From Eledone cirrhosa (taxonomy: Eukaryota), in the NCBI GenBank assembly GCA_964016885.1, contig OZ024740.1, positions 387,748,001 to 387,812,000 on the forward strand: a stretch of DNA of 64,000 nucleotides. Reading direction: 5' to 3'. Shown here one piece after another: positions 26,062 through 37,865 of the stretch. The notes beneath the pieces are model-generated. The model saw only the letters and a list, made by a program, of their open reading frames with translations, made no database searches and was not told the DNA's origin. Position numbers and translations under genes: made by a program. Position 1 is the first letter of the stretch, and every line of letters starts with the position of its first letter.

Positions 26062-28163
26062 GTCCTGTGAAAGTAGCTCTCGCAGAACCTCCGACGCTTG
26101 TGGAGGTTGCAGTGGCTATTTCGAAGCTGAACAGTGGAAGATCTCCAGGTATGGATGGCATACATGCTGAGCTCCTACAATATGGTGGTGAGAGACTCCT
26201 GCAACATCACTCTTTGTTTGGCAGGATATGGGCTAATGAATACGTACCTGAGGACTGGAGAGATGCAGTAATAGTGGTCTTGTAAAAGGGAAAGGGTAAC
26301 AGGAATGATTGTGGGAACTACAGAGGTATATCATTGCTTTCTGTCGTAGGGAAAGTTTTATGTAGGGTGCTTCTGGACCGTCTGCTGACACACATTGCAG
26401 ATTGTGTTCTTCCTGAAAGTCAATCTGGTTTTCGTGCTGGACGCGGCACTACTGATATGATCTTCTCAGCTAGACAGCTCCAGGAGAAGTGCATGGAACA
26501 AGGCTTGGATCTGTATCAGGTTTTTGTCGATCTGACAAAAGCTTTCGATACTGTTAACAGAGATGCATTATGGAAGGTTCTCCAGAAACTTGGTTGCCCT
26601 GATAAGTTCCTTGCTTTAGTTAGGTCTTTCCATGACGACATGAAGGCTTGGGTTAATGTCGGAGGTAACATGTCGGAGCCTATCTCAGTAAAAAATGGAG
26701 TGAAACAGGGGGATATTCCAGCACCGACCCTGTTTGCCATATACTTTGCAATGGTTTTCTGTATTGCATTCAGGAATTGCGAGCATGGTGTTTACATCCG
26801 ATATCGAACCTCAGGCAGTATATTTAACATCAGGCGCTTTGCTGCGAAGACAAAAGTATTTACATCAATCATAAGAGACCTCTTGTATGCAGATGATTGC
26901 GATCTTGTAGCGCACACAGAGAGTGATATGCAGCACATTTTGAATGCATTTTCTGACGCTTGCACTGCCCTAGGTTTGACTGTCAGTCTCAAGAAAACCG
27001 TCGTCATGTACCAACCTGCCCCTGGTAAGCAGTACACTGAACCAAACATCTATGTGTATGGCAAACGACTTGGAGTGGTTGATCAGTTTGTCTACCTGGG
27101 AAGCACTGTCAATCGATACGGCAACCTTGACAGTGAAATCTCACTTAGGATTAGGAAAGCAAGTGATGCTTTCGGAAAGCTAGAAAGGCGACTCTGGGGT
27201 CGGCGAGACATATGCAGGAGGACAAAGGTAAAGGTGTACAGGGCATGTGTGCTCTCTTGTCTTCTTTATGCCTGCGAGACCTGGGTCACATCGACACCAC
27301 CTTAAGCAATTGGAGCGTTTCCATCAGATGTGTCTCAGAGGGATCCATGGCGTTCACTGGAGGGACCACATCAGTGATATCGAGATTTTGGAAAGCTCTC
27401 TGTGTGACAGTATAGAAGCTCTTGTGCTTAAGCAACGACTCCGTTGGAGTGGTCACCTTGCCAGGATGAAGGATTCTAGAATACCAAAACAACTCTTATA
27501 TGGAGAGTTGGTTAGAGGAAAACAACCGCCACATAAACCAAAAAAGAGGTATAAGGATTCCTTGAAAGCCTCTCTGAAAGACGCTAACATCTCTGCTGAT
27601 ACATGGGAAAATATTGCTGCTGATCGTAATAAATGGAGAAAGACTGTATATGAGGGAAAAGTTGCCTTTGAGGCATCTCGAATCGCATACGAGAAAGTAA
27701 AGCGGGATGTGAGGAAGGGCATTGCTGTTGCACTTCCAGACGGCGAGGGTCCTCCTATGGTGCTGACATGCAGCGTCTGTGCGAGACTTTGCCTAAGCAA
27801 AGCTGGACTCGAAAGTCATCTTCGCAGTCATAAAGTAAGATCAGTGGTTGACTACCAGGCTGCTGTTGGAGATGCTACTCATCATGCTTGCCAAACATGT
27901 GGTAGAGAATGTAAATCAGCAGGAGGGCTCAAGCGACATGCAAAAGTACACGAACTCCAACCACAGCCGAGTGAATGTTTTGGTTGCCGACTCTGTGCAA
28001 GATATTTTAGATCATTGGCTGGGCTAAAAAGCCACATTCGATCGCAGCGCTATTAGTTGCTATCGTGTGTGTGTGTGTGTATAGATATGCTTATGTGTGT
28101 GCGTGTATGTGTATATATATATGTATATGTATATTATTATTGTTGTTGTCGTTATTATTATTG

Positions 28164-28228
<65 letters not shown>

Positions 28229-28270
28229 GTTATTAATGTATGTGTGTGTGTATATGTGTATGTATGTGTG

Positions 28271-28325
<55 letters not shown>

Positions 28326-28427
28326 CTTTTTTTTTTCTTTTTTAATTATTTATAAATTTTTTTCTTTTCTCTCTTTTTTTTCTCCTCGTGCAATGGCCAT
28401 ACTCGATAACGAGGGGGCAGCCATCAT
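26059..28427 (+). mobile_element. 5'-truncated RTE-clade LINE with three C-terminal C2H2-type zinc fingers
   Basis: RT motifs ESQSGFR, FVDLTKAFD, GVKQGD, LYADD, LLYACETW and QRLRWSGHL; one stop and frameshifts; 3' UTR interrupted by microsatellites; (TATG)n on both sides. Confidence 0.93.
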
Positions 28428-28536
28428 GTATGTATATATGTTTGTATGTATGTATATGTATGCATATATGTATGCATATATGTATGCATATATGTATGTA
28501 TATGCATGTATGTATGTTTGTATGTATGTATGTATG

Positions 28537-28826
28537 TCATCTTGGTTAAGAGAGTGGGACTGGCTTTGTGCAGTGCCTTTGCTCACTATAAAAGCTTCAC
28601 GGCACAGGCATTACTTTATATCTGGAGATCTCTCTGCACTTGTCGTCACATGGTACCATGGGCCCAGCACTATGTGTCAATAATTGTCACAAGTGTAGTG
28701 TTTGTACCAGAGTTTTCAAGTCGCTGGCTGGACTAAAAAGTCACACACGTTCAGCGCATCGGTAGGGTTTCTTCTACATGGATATAAAGTAGTGGCCGTA
28801 CTCGAAAACGAGTTGGCAGCCACCAT
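28537..28826 (+). mobile_element. 5'-truncated copy of the RTE-derived SINE
   Basis: Near-identical to 24849-25138; flanked on both sides by (TATG)n. Confidence 0.9.
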
Positions 28827-29226
28827 GTATGTATGTATGTATGTATGTATGTATGTATGTATGTATGTATGTTTGTATGTATGTATGTATGTATGTATGT
28901 ATGTTTGTATGTATATATCTAAGTATGTATGTTTGTATGTCTATATCTATGTGTATGAATATATGTACCACAAACTAGTGGCATAAGTATACATTACGAT
29001 AGTGTATGAAGTAACACATATAATGTGTGTGTTGATACCTACTTTCGGAATATGTTCATGTCTTCATGAACATTAGACATGGTTGATCAATAGCACTTCA
29101 TATTGGCAAAGAAGCGTAAAGAAATGACTACCTTTCCCACTCACACCATTCCATATTTCATTGGTTCCCGCCATTTCTCTTTGATATTTGCTTAATCCGG
29201 CTGTTCTTTCTATCTGCCTGTTTGTT

Positions 29227-29267
<41 letters not shown>

Positions 29268-29394
29268 CTATCACTACCTCTCTTGCTCTCAATGTATCCC
29301 CCTCTTTCTTCCTGTTTCACTCTAACTCTTTCTTTAGCTCTCACTCACATATATTCATACAAGACGACACACAAACGCATATATTCTCATATGA

Positions 29395-29453
<59 letters not shown>

Positions 29454-29655
29454 CACACATATATATATACATACATACATTTATACTAGCACACACACCT
29501 ACGCACAAATACACAATATTTCTATCCTCTCAAGTGTTCTCTCTATTTGTCTTATTCACTTCTACCTTATGTCATAAGCACGCACACACATATTGCTACA
29601 CACATACATATTGCCACACACACACATACGCACACACATCATCATAATCAACTTA

Positions 29656-29687
<32 letters not shown>

Positions 29688-29690
29688 ATA

Positions 29691-29875
29691 TAGTAATTGT
29701 TTCTACTTTTGGCACAAGGCCAGTAATTACCCAGTGCATTACTGGTACTTTATTTTATCGACCCCGTAAGGATGAAAGGCAAAGTTAACCTCGGCGGGAT
29801 TTGAACTCAGAATGGCAAGGGCCGTAACTATGCGTCAAAGCATGGCGTCCGACTCTCTACCGATACTGCCAATCC
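29691..29875 (-). mobile_element. tRNA-derived SINE (octopus-type)
   Basis: Homologous to 14260-14437. Confidence 0.8.
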
Positions 29876-29995
29876 CCCCTTATATATATATATAGTAATA
29901 ATAATAAATTTGAAGACTAAAATCCAGGGCTCGATAAGGATAAATATATATCAAATATATAAGAACACTAGAACTTAAACTTTAATCTATTATTT

Positions 29996-30032
<37 letters not shown>

Positions 30033-30044
30033 TATATAAATATG

Positions 30045-30123
<79 letters not shown>

Positions 30124-30164
30124 ACACACACACACACACATGTATATATATATAATATAGGAAC

Positions 30165-30340
30165 TGTTTCATTCGGCAGAAATCATCAGGAAGCCGACTT
30201 GGAAAGTCGGCTTCCTGATGATTTCTTCCGAATGAAACATTTCTCGTCCTGTAGAAGCCATTTCTATATTAAATATTTATACTCTGCTATGTATAGAGTA
30301 CCCTACTGTGGTTACCCCCTATTAAACCTGGGATAAACTT
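30165..30340 (+). mobile_element. Penelope-like terminus: 36-bp hairpin carrying a hammerhead core
   Basis: 30165-30200 and 30204-30239 are inverted (1 mismatch). ggcttc-CTGATGA-tttcttccgaat-GAAA-catttctcg-TC-ctgta-gaagcc. Confidence 0.6.
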
Positions 30341-30528
30341 ATATATATATATATAAAAAATAGGGAGAAAGAGACGATTATGAGGAAGAAAAAAAAATAT
30401 ATACAGAGAGAGAGAGAGAGTGAGGGAGAGAGAGAGAGGTAGGGAGAGAGAGAGGTAGGGAGAGAGGGAGGGATTTAAAATCCTGACCGCAGCGCCAAGC
30501 GGTTTCGTCTTGTGTGTTCAGTAAGCCT

Positions 30529-33072
30529 TAACAAAGCCACAATTCGGTCTTTGTCTGACTAAAACGGGTGCGTGTTGCTCGAAACCGAGCAGATGTGTGA
30601 AGCTTTTCAGCAGCACTTTGCTGAACTGTTCGGGAGCAACGGCGGCCCGGATCGGGGTATGGACTTCAGTGCATACCTCGACGGATTGCCTCGGCTCTCG
30701 ACGACCGCAGCACAGTGTTGCGAAAAGCCAATAACAGCCGGTGAAATACGGGAAGCGATGGCAAACTGCACGAGGTGTAAATCGCCAGGTTTGGATGGTC
30801 TGCCCTACGAGCTTTATGCATTTATGCCAGACTTGTTCGGTGACCCCTTCGCAGACGTCTACTGCAACTGGCAGCAGAACGGGAGCATTCCAAGTTTTGT
30901 GAGCCGGGGAGCGGTGGCGCTGCTGAGAAAATACCCAAACAAGGTGGATGTTATCGATGATTTCAGGCCCATAACCCTGCTAAACGCAGAGTTCAAGATT
31001 TTGGCCAAGGTGTTAGCAACGAGGCTGGCGCTTGTCGTCAGGGTCTGGTGGGAGAGGCGCAGACATGCGCCATTCCGGACAGATCCATACACGATAACCT
31101 CCACCTCATGCGATACATCATAGAGAGGGTGGTTAAGGAACCTGGCACGGGTGGGGCCCTGATCAACTTGGATCTATCCAAAGCATTCGATAGGGTCGAC
31201 CATCGGTACCTGGCGGCGGTCCTCGAAGCAGCCGGTTTCGGGCCCGTTTTCAGGGGTTGGATCGCTGCGATGTACAGCGACATCTGCTCAGTTGTGAGGG
31301 TGAACGGTCACTTGTCGCAGCTGTTCAGCATCATGCGCTCGGTACGCCAGGGTTGTCCCCTCTCGTCCCTCTTGTACGTATTGGCTCTCGAGCCGTTACT
31401 GCACAAACTGGGGGCGATGAGGGGCGTCCCACGCGAACTAGGATGCGGGAAATCCGAGTCGGCTTACGCCGACGACGTCACCGTGGTGGTGTAGAGCACC
31501 AGACACGTCCAGATACTCAGCAACGCTCTCAAGGAATACGAAGCGGTGACAGAAGCAAAGATAAACGAGGAAAAGTCGATGGGCTTGCAGCTCGGCACCT
31601 GGAGAGGCAAGTCCATGCCATCTGACAGCGTCGTGGGGCGTTGGACAGACGGACTGGTTAAATTGCTCGGGGTCTGGTTCGGACCGGACCTCCAGATGGA
31701 GAAAAACTGGAACGAGGTGACGAGCAAGGTGGCCTCCCTCACCCAGAAATGGGCCGATAAGAAGCTGTCCCTGAAAGGCCAGGCGGAGGTGGCGAATGCA
31801 TACATCGCATCCATCATCTGCTACCGGCTCACCGTCGTCCCTTGCCCCGGCCCAACTCTCACCAAAATGGAGCGCCTCCTCTTCCGCTTTTTGTGGAGGG
31901 ACGCGCTTCCATGGTCAGACGATCCATCTGCTGTCAACACCCGTTGCGTGGAGGACTGGGCATGCCATGGCTGATGATGCGCAAACATGCACTGAGGCTG
32001 CGACATCTCTGGTGCTTCCTTGACGGTGAACAGGTCTGGTGGCCGTTCGCCAGGCACGTTTTCCCACAGCTCGTCTCATTGACGGAACTGCAGTCCTGGG
32101 TCAGAAAAAGACCGAGGGATAGCGCTTGGAAACTGGAATGTCTCCAGGCGCTCACTGCCCTCTGCCAGCTGGGCACCAGTATCGTTCTATAGAGGACTAG
32201 TGGAGGGGAAGAGCGACAACGTACTCGGAGAGATCCTGGGCGTCGAAGAAGATCAGCTATTTGCTCTCTTCCGGAGAACTTTCAGACCAGGGCCTATGGA
32301 TAACTTCCCAAAATCCCTGTCCTGGCAGTGCTACCGGGGAGCGCTGCCGGTTCGAGATAAGCTCTACAGGCACGGAAGTGCCGTCAGACGAGCCTGTCCG
32401 AGATGCGCGCAGAGCGACGAAACCGTCGTGCACGCACGCGTTCAGTGCCCGAGCATTGCTGACTTATGGAGCTATGTCGAACAGTTTCTGTACGCGTGTA
32501 GGACTGATCCGGTTATCGACTGAGTCCATTGTGCAGATGGTCGCGCCGTCTTCCTTCGAGGAGGAAGGGCAGGCGGGTTTCATCTGCCTGGTGGCCATGG
32601 CGAAAGAGATTGTGTGGTGGACAAGGTTGAAAGGGTTAAAGACAGACACTTTTTCAAGTTTCACTTGAAGAGGAAAATCAGGGTGGAGAGGCAAGTGCTG
32701 CTTTCTAGCAAGTTTGTTGAAAGGTGGGTGAATGTAGCGAGAATGGTCCGAGTGAACGGGACCGCTCTGAATATACGTCTGTAGTTTGAGAAATGGAAAA
32801 ATTGAGAGAGGGTGCTTGCCCTGGTGGTTAGGGTGGCCGTGGTCTTTTGTGTGGTTTTCGCCACGAGTAACCCTCGGATTTTCCCCCCTATTGGGGAATT
32901 TTTCATTGTTTCAATTTTCATTTTTATTGTTTATATATATATATGTTTCTATGTCTTTTTTTTATTTTTCTTATATGAATAATAAAAATATTTACACGCA
33001 CAAAACCCACATTGTACCGTCCTGACCGTCCTATTTTTCTTGATGTCAGCCCTTGTGGCCAATAAAGAAATC
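30529..33072 (+). mobile_element. Tx1/L1-clade LINE, 5'-truncated, decayed (T1)
   Basis: KSPGLDGLPYE, FRPITLLN, LDLSKAFDRVDH, VRQGCPLS, YADD, CPRC...ETVVH...C; 3' UTR with AATAAA and (TTA)n tail. Confidence 0.93.
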
Positions 33073-33096
33073 ATTATTATTATTATTATTAATTAC

Positions 33097-33279
33097 TTTT
33101 AATGGGCTTTCTCCACAAATGTCCCTTGGAAGTCTCCCCCTATTGGGGAATTTTTCTTTGTTATTTTATTTCAACCTCTGTTTTTTTACACGCAGAAATG
33201 CCCATTTGTACCGTCCTGTATTGTCCTGTACTGTCCTTAATGTCTACTTTATGTGAACCCTTGTGGTTAATAAAGAAAA

Positions 33280-33282
<3 letters not shown>
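33097..33282 (+). mobile_element. Tx1 3' UTR-only insertion (T2)
   Basis: Nearly identical to ~45800-45983; bounded by (TTA)n. Confidence 0.88.
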
Positions 33283-33340
<58 letters not shown>

Positions 33341-33341
<1 letters not shown>

Positions 33342-33979
33342 TTCTTTGAGTCTCAGTCATTGATGTTAGTTAACTGGAAAGTTTGTTGAAATGAATATCA
33401 AGCCACTACCTGCAACCTCAGATATTCAGGACGTATCGGAGGGTTCTTGCTGTTCCCAGCAAGCATGCCTTTTGAAGCGTTCCAAAAAGTGTGAAGGGGC
33501 CAATTTTCTTTAACCATCCCTGGAAACTTTTTGAGATAGTCCCTAGTGCGCCTATGACAATCGGGATCACTTTGACTTCATAGCAGTTCCAAATCCTTTT
33601 TACCTCCCACTTTAAGTCCTGGTATCGGTTAATTTTCTCCCTCTCCTTCTCTTGCACTCTCGTGTCGAATGGGCAGGCCACATCCACAATCAGGCACGAT
33701 CTTTTTTCCTTGTCCACAACCACCAGGTCAGGTCTATTGTGTTCCAGTTTCTTGTCCGTCTGTATCCTAAAATCCCACAGCACCTTCACCTGATCGTTTT
33801 CTATCACCGACTCTGGCTTATGCTCATACCACTTCTCAGAATGTGGTAAATTGTTTACTTTGCATAGGTGCCAGTGGGTCACCCTACCCATCACATCATG
33901 TCTCCAGCCCTTATAGTGGGTCTGGGCTAGGTGTTTACACTCGGATACAATGTGAGCCACAGTCTCCTCTCTCTCCACA
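33341..33979 (-). mobile_element. R4/Dong-clade element family A, 3' fragment (D1)
   Basis: [18 protein letters not shown] and KINRYQDL restriction-like endonuclease; between (TAA)n tracts. Confidence 0.92.
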
Positions 33980-34018
33980 ATTATTATTATTATTATTATT
34001 ATTATTATTGTTGTTATT

Positions 34019-37000
34019 CCTTGAATCTCAGTCATTGATGTTGGTTAACTGGAAAGTCCGTTGGATTGAATATCAAGTCACTACCTGCAGCCTCAGATAT
34101 TCAGGACGTATCGGAGGGTTCTTGCTGTTCCAAGCAAGCATGCCTTTTGAAGCGTTCCAAAAAGCGTGAAGGGGCCGATTTTCTTTAACCATCCCTGGAA
34201 ACTTTTGGAGATAGTCCCCAGTGCGCCTATGACAATCGGGATCACTTTGACTTCATGGCAGTTCCAAATCCTTTTCACCTCCCACTTTAGGTCCTGGTAT
34301 CGGTTAATTTTCTCCCTCTCCTTCTCTTGCACTCTCGTGTCGAACGGGCAGGCCACATCCACAATCAGACACGATCTTTTTTCTTTGTCCACAACCACCA
34401 GGTCAGGTCTACTGTGTTCCAGTTTTTTGTCCGTCTGTATCCTAAAATCCCACAGCACCTTCACCTGATTGTTCTCCATCACCGCCTCTGGCCTATGCTC
34501 ATACCATTTCTCAGAATGTGGTAAATTGTTTACTTTGCACAGGTGCCAGTGGATCACCCTGCCCATCACATCGTGTCTCCAGCCCTTATAGTGGGTCTGG
34601 GCTAGGTGTTTACACTCGGACACAATGTGAGCCACAGTCTCCTCTCTCTCTCCACAGATCCTGCACAGTGGGCTAGCCTCCTCCTTGTAGATATGGTGCT
34701 TCAACCACTTCGTTTTGAGGGCCTGCTCCTGCGCAGCCATTAGCATTCCTTCTGTAGCCTTTTTGAGGTCTCCTCTTCTCAACCAGTTCCATGTCTGTGG
34801 ATCTCTAAATTCAGTTTTCTCAAAGAAGGTACTATGAAGGGATTTTCCCTTAAGGCTGCTCTTCCTCCTTGATGTTATTTCCTCCTTGGACATCCCCTGG
34901 CCTACTGTCCCCTCCTTCAGTACAGTCCTGAGCATTGGCTCCTTACTATAGGTCACGTATTTGTATAGGTTGTTTTTCTCCATCTGAACACAGTCCTCTA
35001 TGCTGATAAGACCTCTTCCACCCTCAGATCTCCTTAGGTAGAGTCTATCGACATCACTCCTCTTGTGGAACATGTTGTAGATAGTCAATAGCTTCCTAGT
35101 CTTCCTATCCATTTCTTTTTGTTCAGCAACATTCCATCTCAGAATTCCCGCACTGTACCTAATAATAGACACAGCTCGGGAATTTACTGCGCTTATGGCA
35201 TTTCTGCTGTTCAGATGTGACTTCAATACGCTCCTTACTCTCCGAATGTATTCAGTTCTTAACAATTCCTTCATTTTTTTGTTCTTTATGCCATCAGCCT
35301 CCAGAACGCCCAAATACTTGTATCCTTCCTCAGAGTCAATTTCCTTTATCATCTCACCTGTTGGTATCTGGATCCCGTTACTTCTGCTCAACCTACCCCT
35401 CCTCATCACAATGACTCCACATTTACCAATACCAAACTGCATACATATATCACTGCTGAAAATACGGACAGTGTCAACAAGCACATCCAACTCCTTCTCA
35501 CTTTTCCCGAAGAGCTTAAGATCGTCCATGAAGAGGAGGTGATTGATGGTAAGCTCTCCCCTTCCCAACTTGTATCCTGCTCTCACTTTTCGCAGCATAA
35601 TGGTCAAGGGCATCAGGGCAAGGACAAACAACAGAGGGGACAGGCTATCTCCCTGGAAGATACCTCTCTTGATCTTCACGCTTCCCAAGGATACTCCAGT
35701 TGATGTCATACTCCTGCCTAGCAACTGTCTGATGTTATCTGCCACCCTGAAGATCTCCAGGCTTTAGGTGATCCAGGAATGAGGCACCATGTCAAATGCC
35801 TTTCTGTAGTCTATCCATCCCATGGCAAGATCAGTGTGTCTCCTCCTGCAATTCCCCATTACCATCTTATCAATAAGTAACTGGTCCTTTGTACCACGTG
35901 ACTTCTTTCGGCATCCTTTCTGTTCGTCCGGTAACAAGTTGTTTGTGTGGAGGTGATGGTAGATTTCCTCAGACACAATGCTCGTCAACAGTTTCCACAT
36001 TACGGACAGACATGTGATAGGTCTATAGTTGGTAACATCATTACCCTTGATTCGGTCTTTCATTATCAGAACTGTGATACCTTTTGTCAACCACTCTGGC
36101 ACCTCACCCGACACCAAGCAGTCATTGAACATGGCCGTCAGCTTCGGGTGGAGGGATGTTAAATGTTTAATCCAATACCCCTGCACACCATCTGGGCCTG
36201 GTGATTTCCAGTTGGTTAGTTTTTTGGCCTGCCCCTTAAGAGTTTCAACTGTGATACTCAAATCTGTTTGTTGTTGTGCCTGCTCACCGATCTCCCTCTG
36301 TACTGTCTCAATCCACCCTGCCTGGGCATTGTGTCTAACATCCTGCTCCCATATTCCTCTCCAGAATGTTTTAGTTTGCTCCGCCCCAGGGATCAAGTCG
36401 TTGCCTCTTTCTTTCCCCTCAAGCTGTCCAAACAGCATCTTCTGGTTGTTGTCGAACATGCGGTTCTGTTTATACTGACTGACTCTCTTCTCGTATCGCC
36501 TGATTTTTGCACTCTTTGCTACAATGCGTTGCTTCAGTTCCTCTATGATAATATTTAGCTTTTTCCTCCTAGTTTTGTATTTTATTTCCAGTCTATTTTT
36601 AGTGCCTATGTTTTTTAGTGTCCCATTCAGTAGTGACTCAAGCTTTCCTATGTCATTTCTCATTTCCCCGATTTGCCCACTCAGTCGCTTCTTCCACCAC
36701 GGCTCTGCTCTTTCTTGTCTGTTGTTTCCTCTCGCTTTTATACCAAGTAGTTTCCTCACCGTATTTGCTGTTGCTTTAAGGATATTGTTGCACTGGTGAA
36801 GGCTCCTCGCCTCAAGGTATGGGATGACTTTGTTTACCTTAGCTGTTGTTTCTTTTAACTTTTTCCTGTCTACAAATCTTAGGTTCATAGGTCTCCCACT
36901 ATCATTGTTCAATTCATCTACCACTAAATTTAGGATGTCAACCGAATCTTGTCCTAGCCCGTCAGCATTCATCTCCTCAGTGGCCGTATCTCTGTTCCAG

Positions 37001-37810
37001 GTATTATTTATCTCAGTATTCAGATCATTGTCTGCTTCGGGTGGTTCCTCCGTTCTCAGGACCTCTTCACCTTCATTTCCCACTGGCTCGCTTGTCTGGC
37101 ATACTACACCCGCCATCTCCAAGCCATTCTCTCTGCTCAGTTCCTCCAGTTCCAGCTCGCTTATCCATCCATTAGTTCTTATTACCCGAGCCTGCCCGGC
37201 CAATTTTTGTTCATCTAATTTAAATAAACCAATCTCGTTCCAGATGTTATGCATCCGTCTCCTGTAGCCCCTCTCCTTGGGGTTACTTTTCAGGTAACAT
37301 TGCATAACAGTTCTATTCAATTCTTTCGTCCAGTTGGTTCTGGCCCCTTTCCTTCTTCTCCTTCCTCCAACATCAGCAGTATTTGGTTGACAGTCAGGTT
37401 CCTGCTGCTGAGCCAGGGGGCACCTGTTGGGTGAGAGTCTGTCACATGACGTTCTAGTCTCCATTTCACCGTTATTCGAACTGTTTATGTTCGATATTTA
37501 AACACTCTTATCGAGGATTGGCGAATGTATGGTTACATATCCATCTGTGGATCCGCCAATCCACTTGGCCCTTGTGTGGCATTATCACCACGCTGTATAC
37601 GAACACACATAAACAAACAAACACACAGGCAGAAAGGGCCCCAAAAATGAATAAGCATAAGTTTCATTGTAATGTAGTGTTCGAATGTCTGACTTAATTT
37701 TTGTTTTTTAAGATTTAGTTTTTCCCCCCTCTGTCCATCCGCCTGCTTCTCTCTTCATTCTTATTTTCTTTACGTTTTTTGTTTTTTTTTATTTTTTTAA
37801 TTTTTTTTAA

Positions 37811-37811
<1 letters not shown>
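34019..37811 (-). mobile_element. R4/Dong-clade element family A, apparently full length (D2)
   Basis: ORF 37464->34093 broken at ~35764, with a 21-bp deletion versus D3. Myb-like N-terminus (NWTKELN...CY...GYRRRMHNIW), RT ([24 protein letters not shown]), CCHC and RLE; ~345-bp 5' leader. Confidence 0.95.
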
Positions 37812-37864
<53 letters not shown>

Positions 37865-37865
<1 letters not shown>

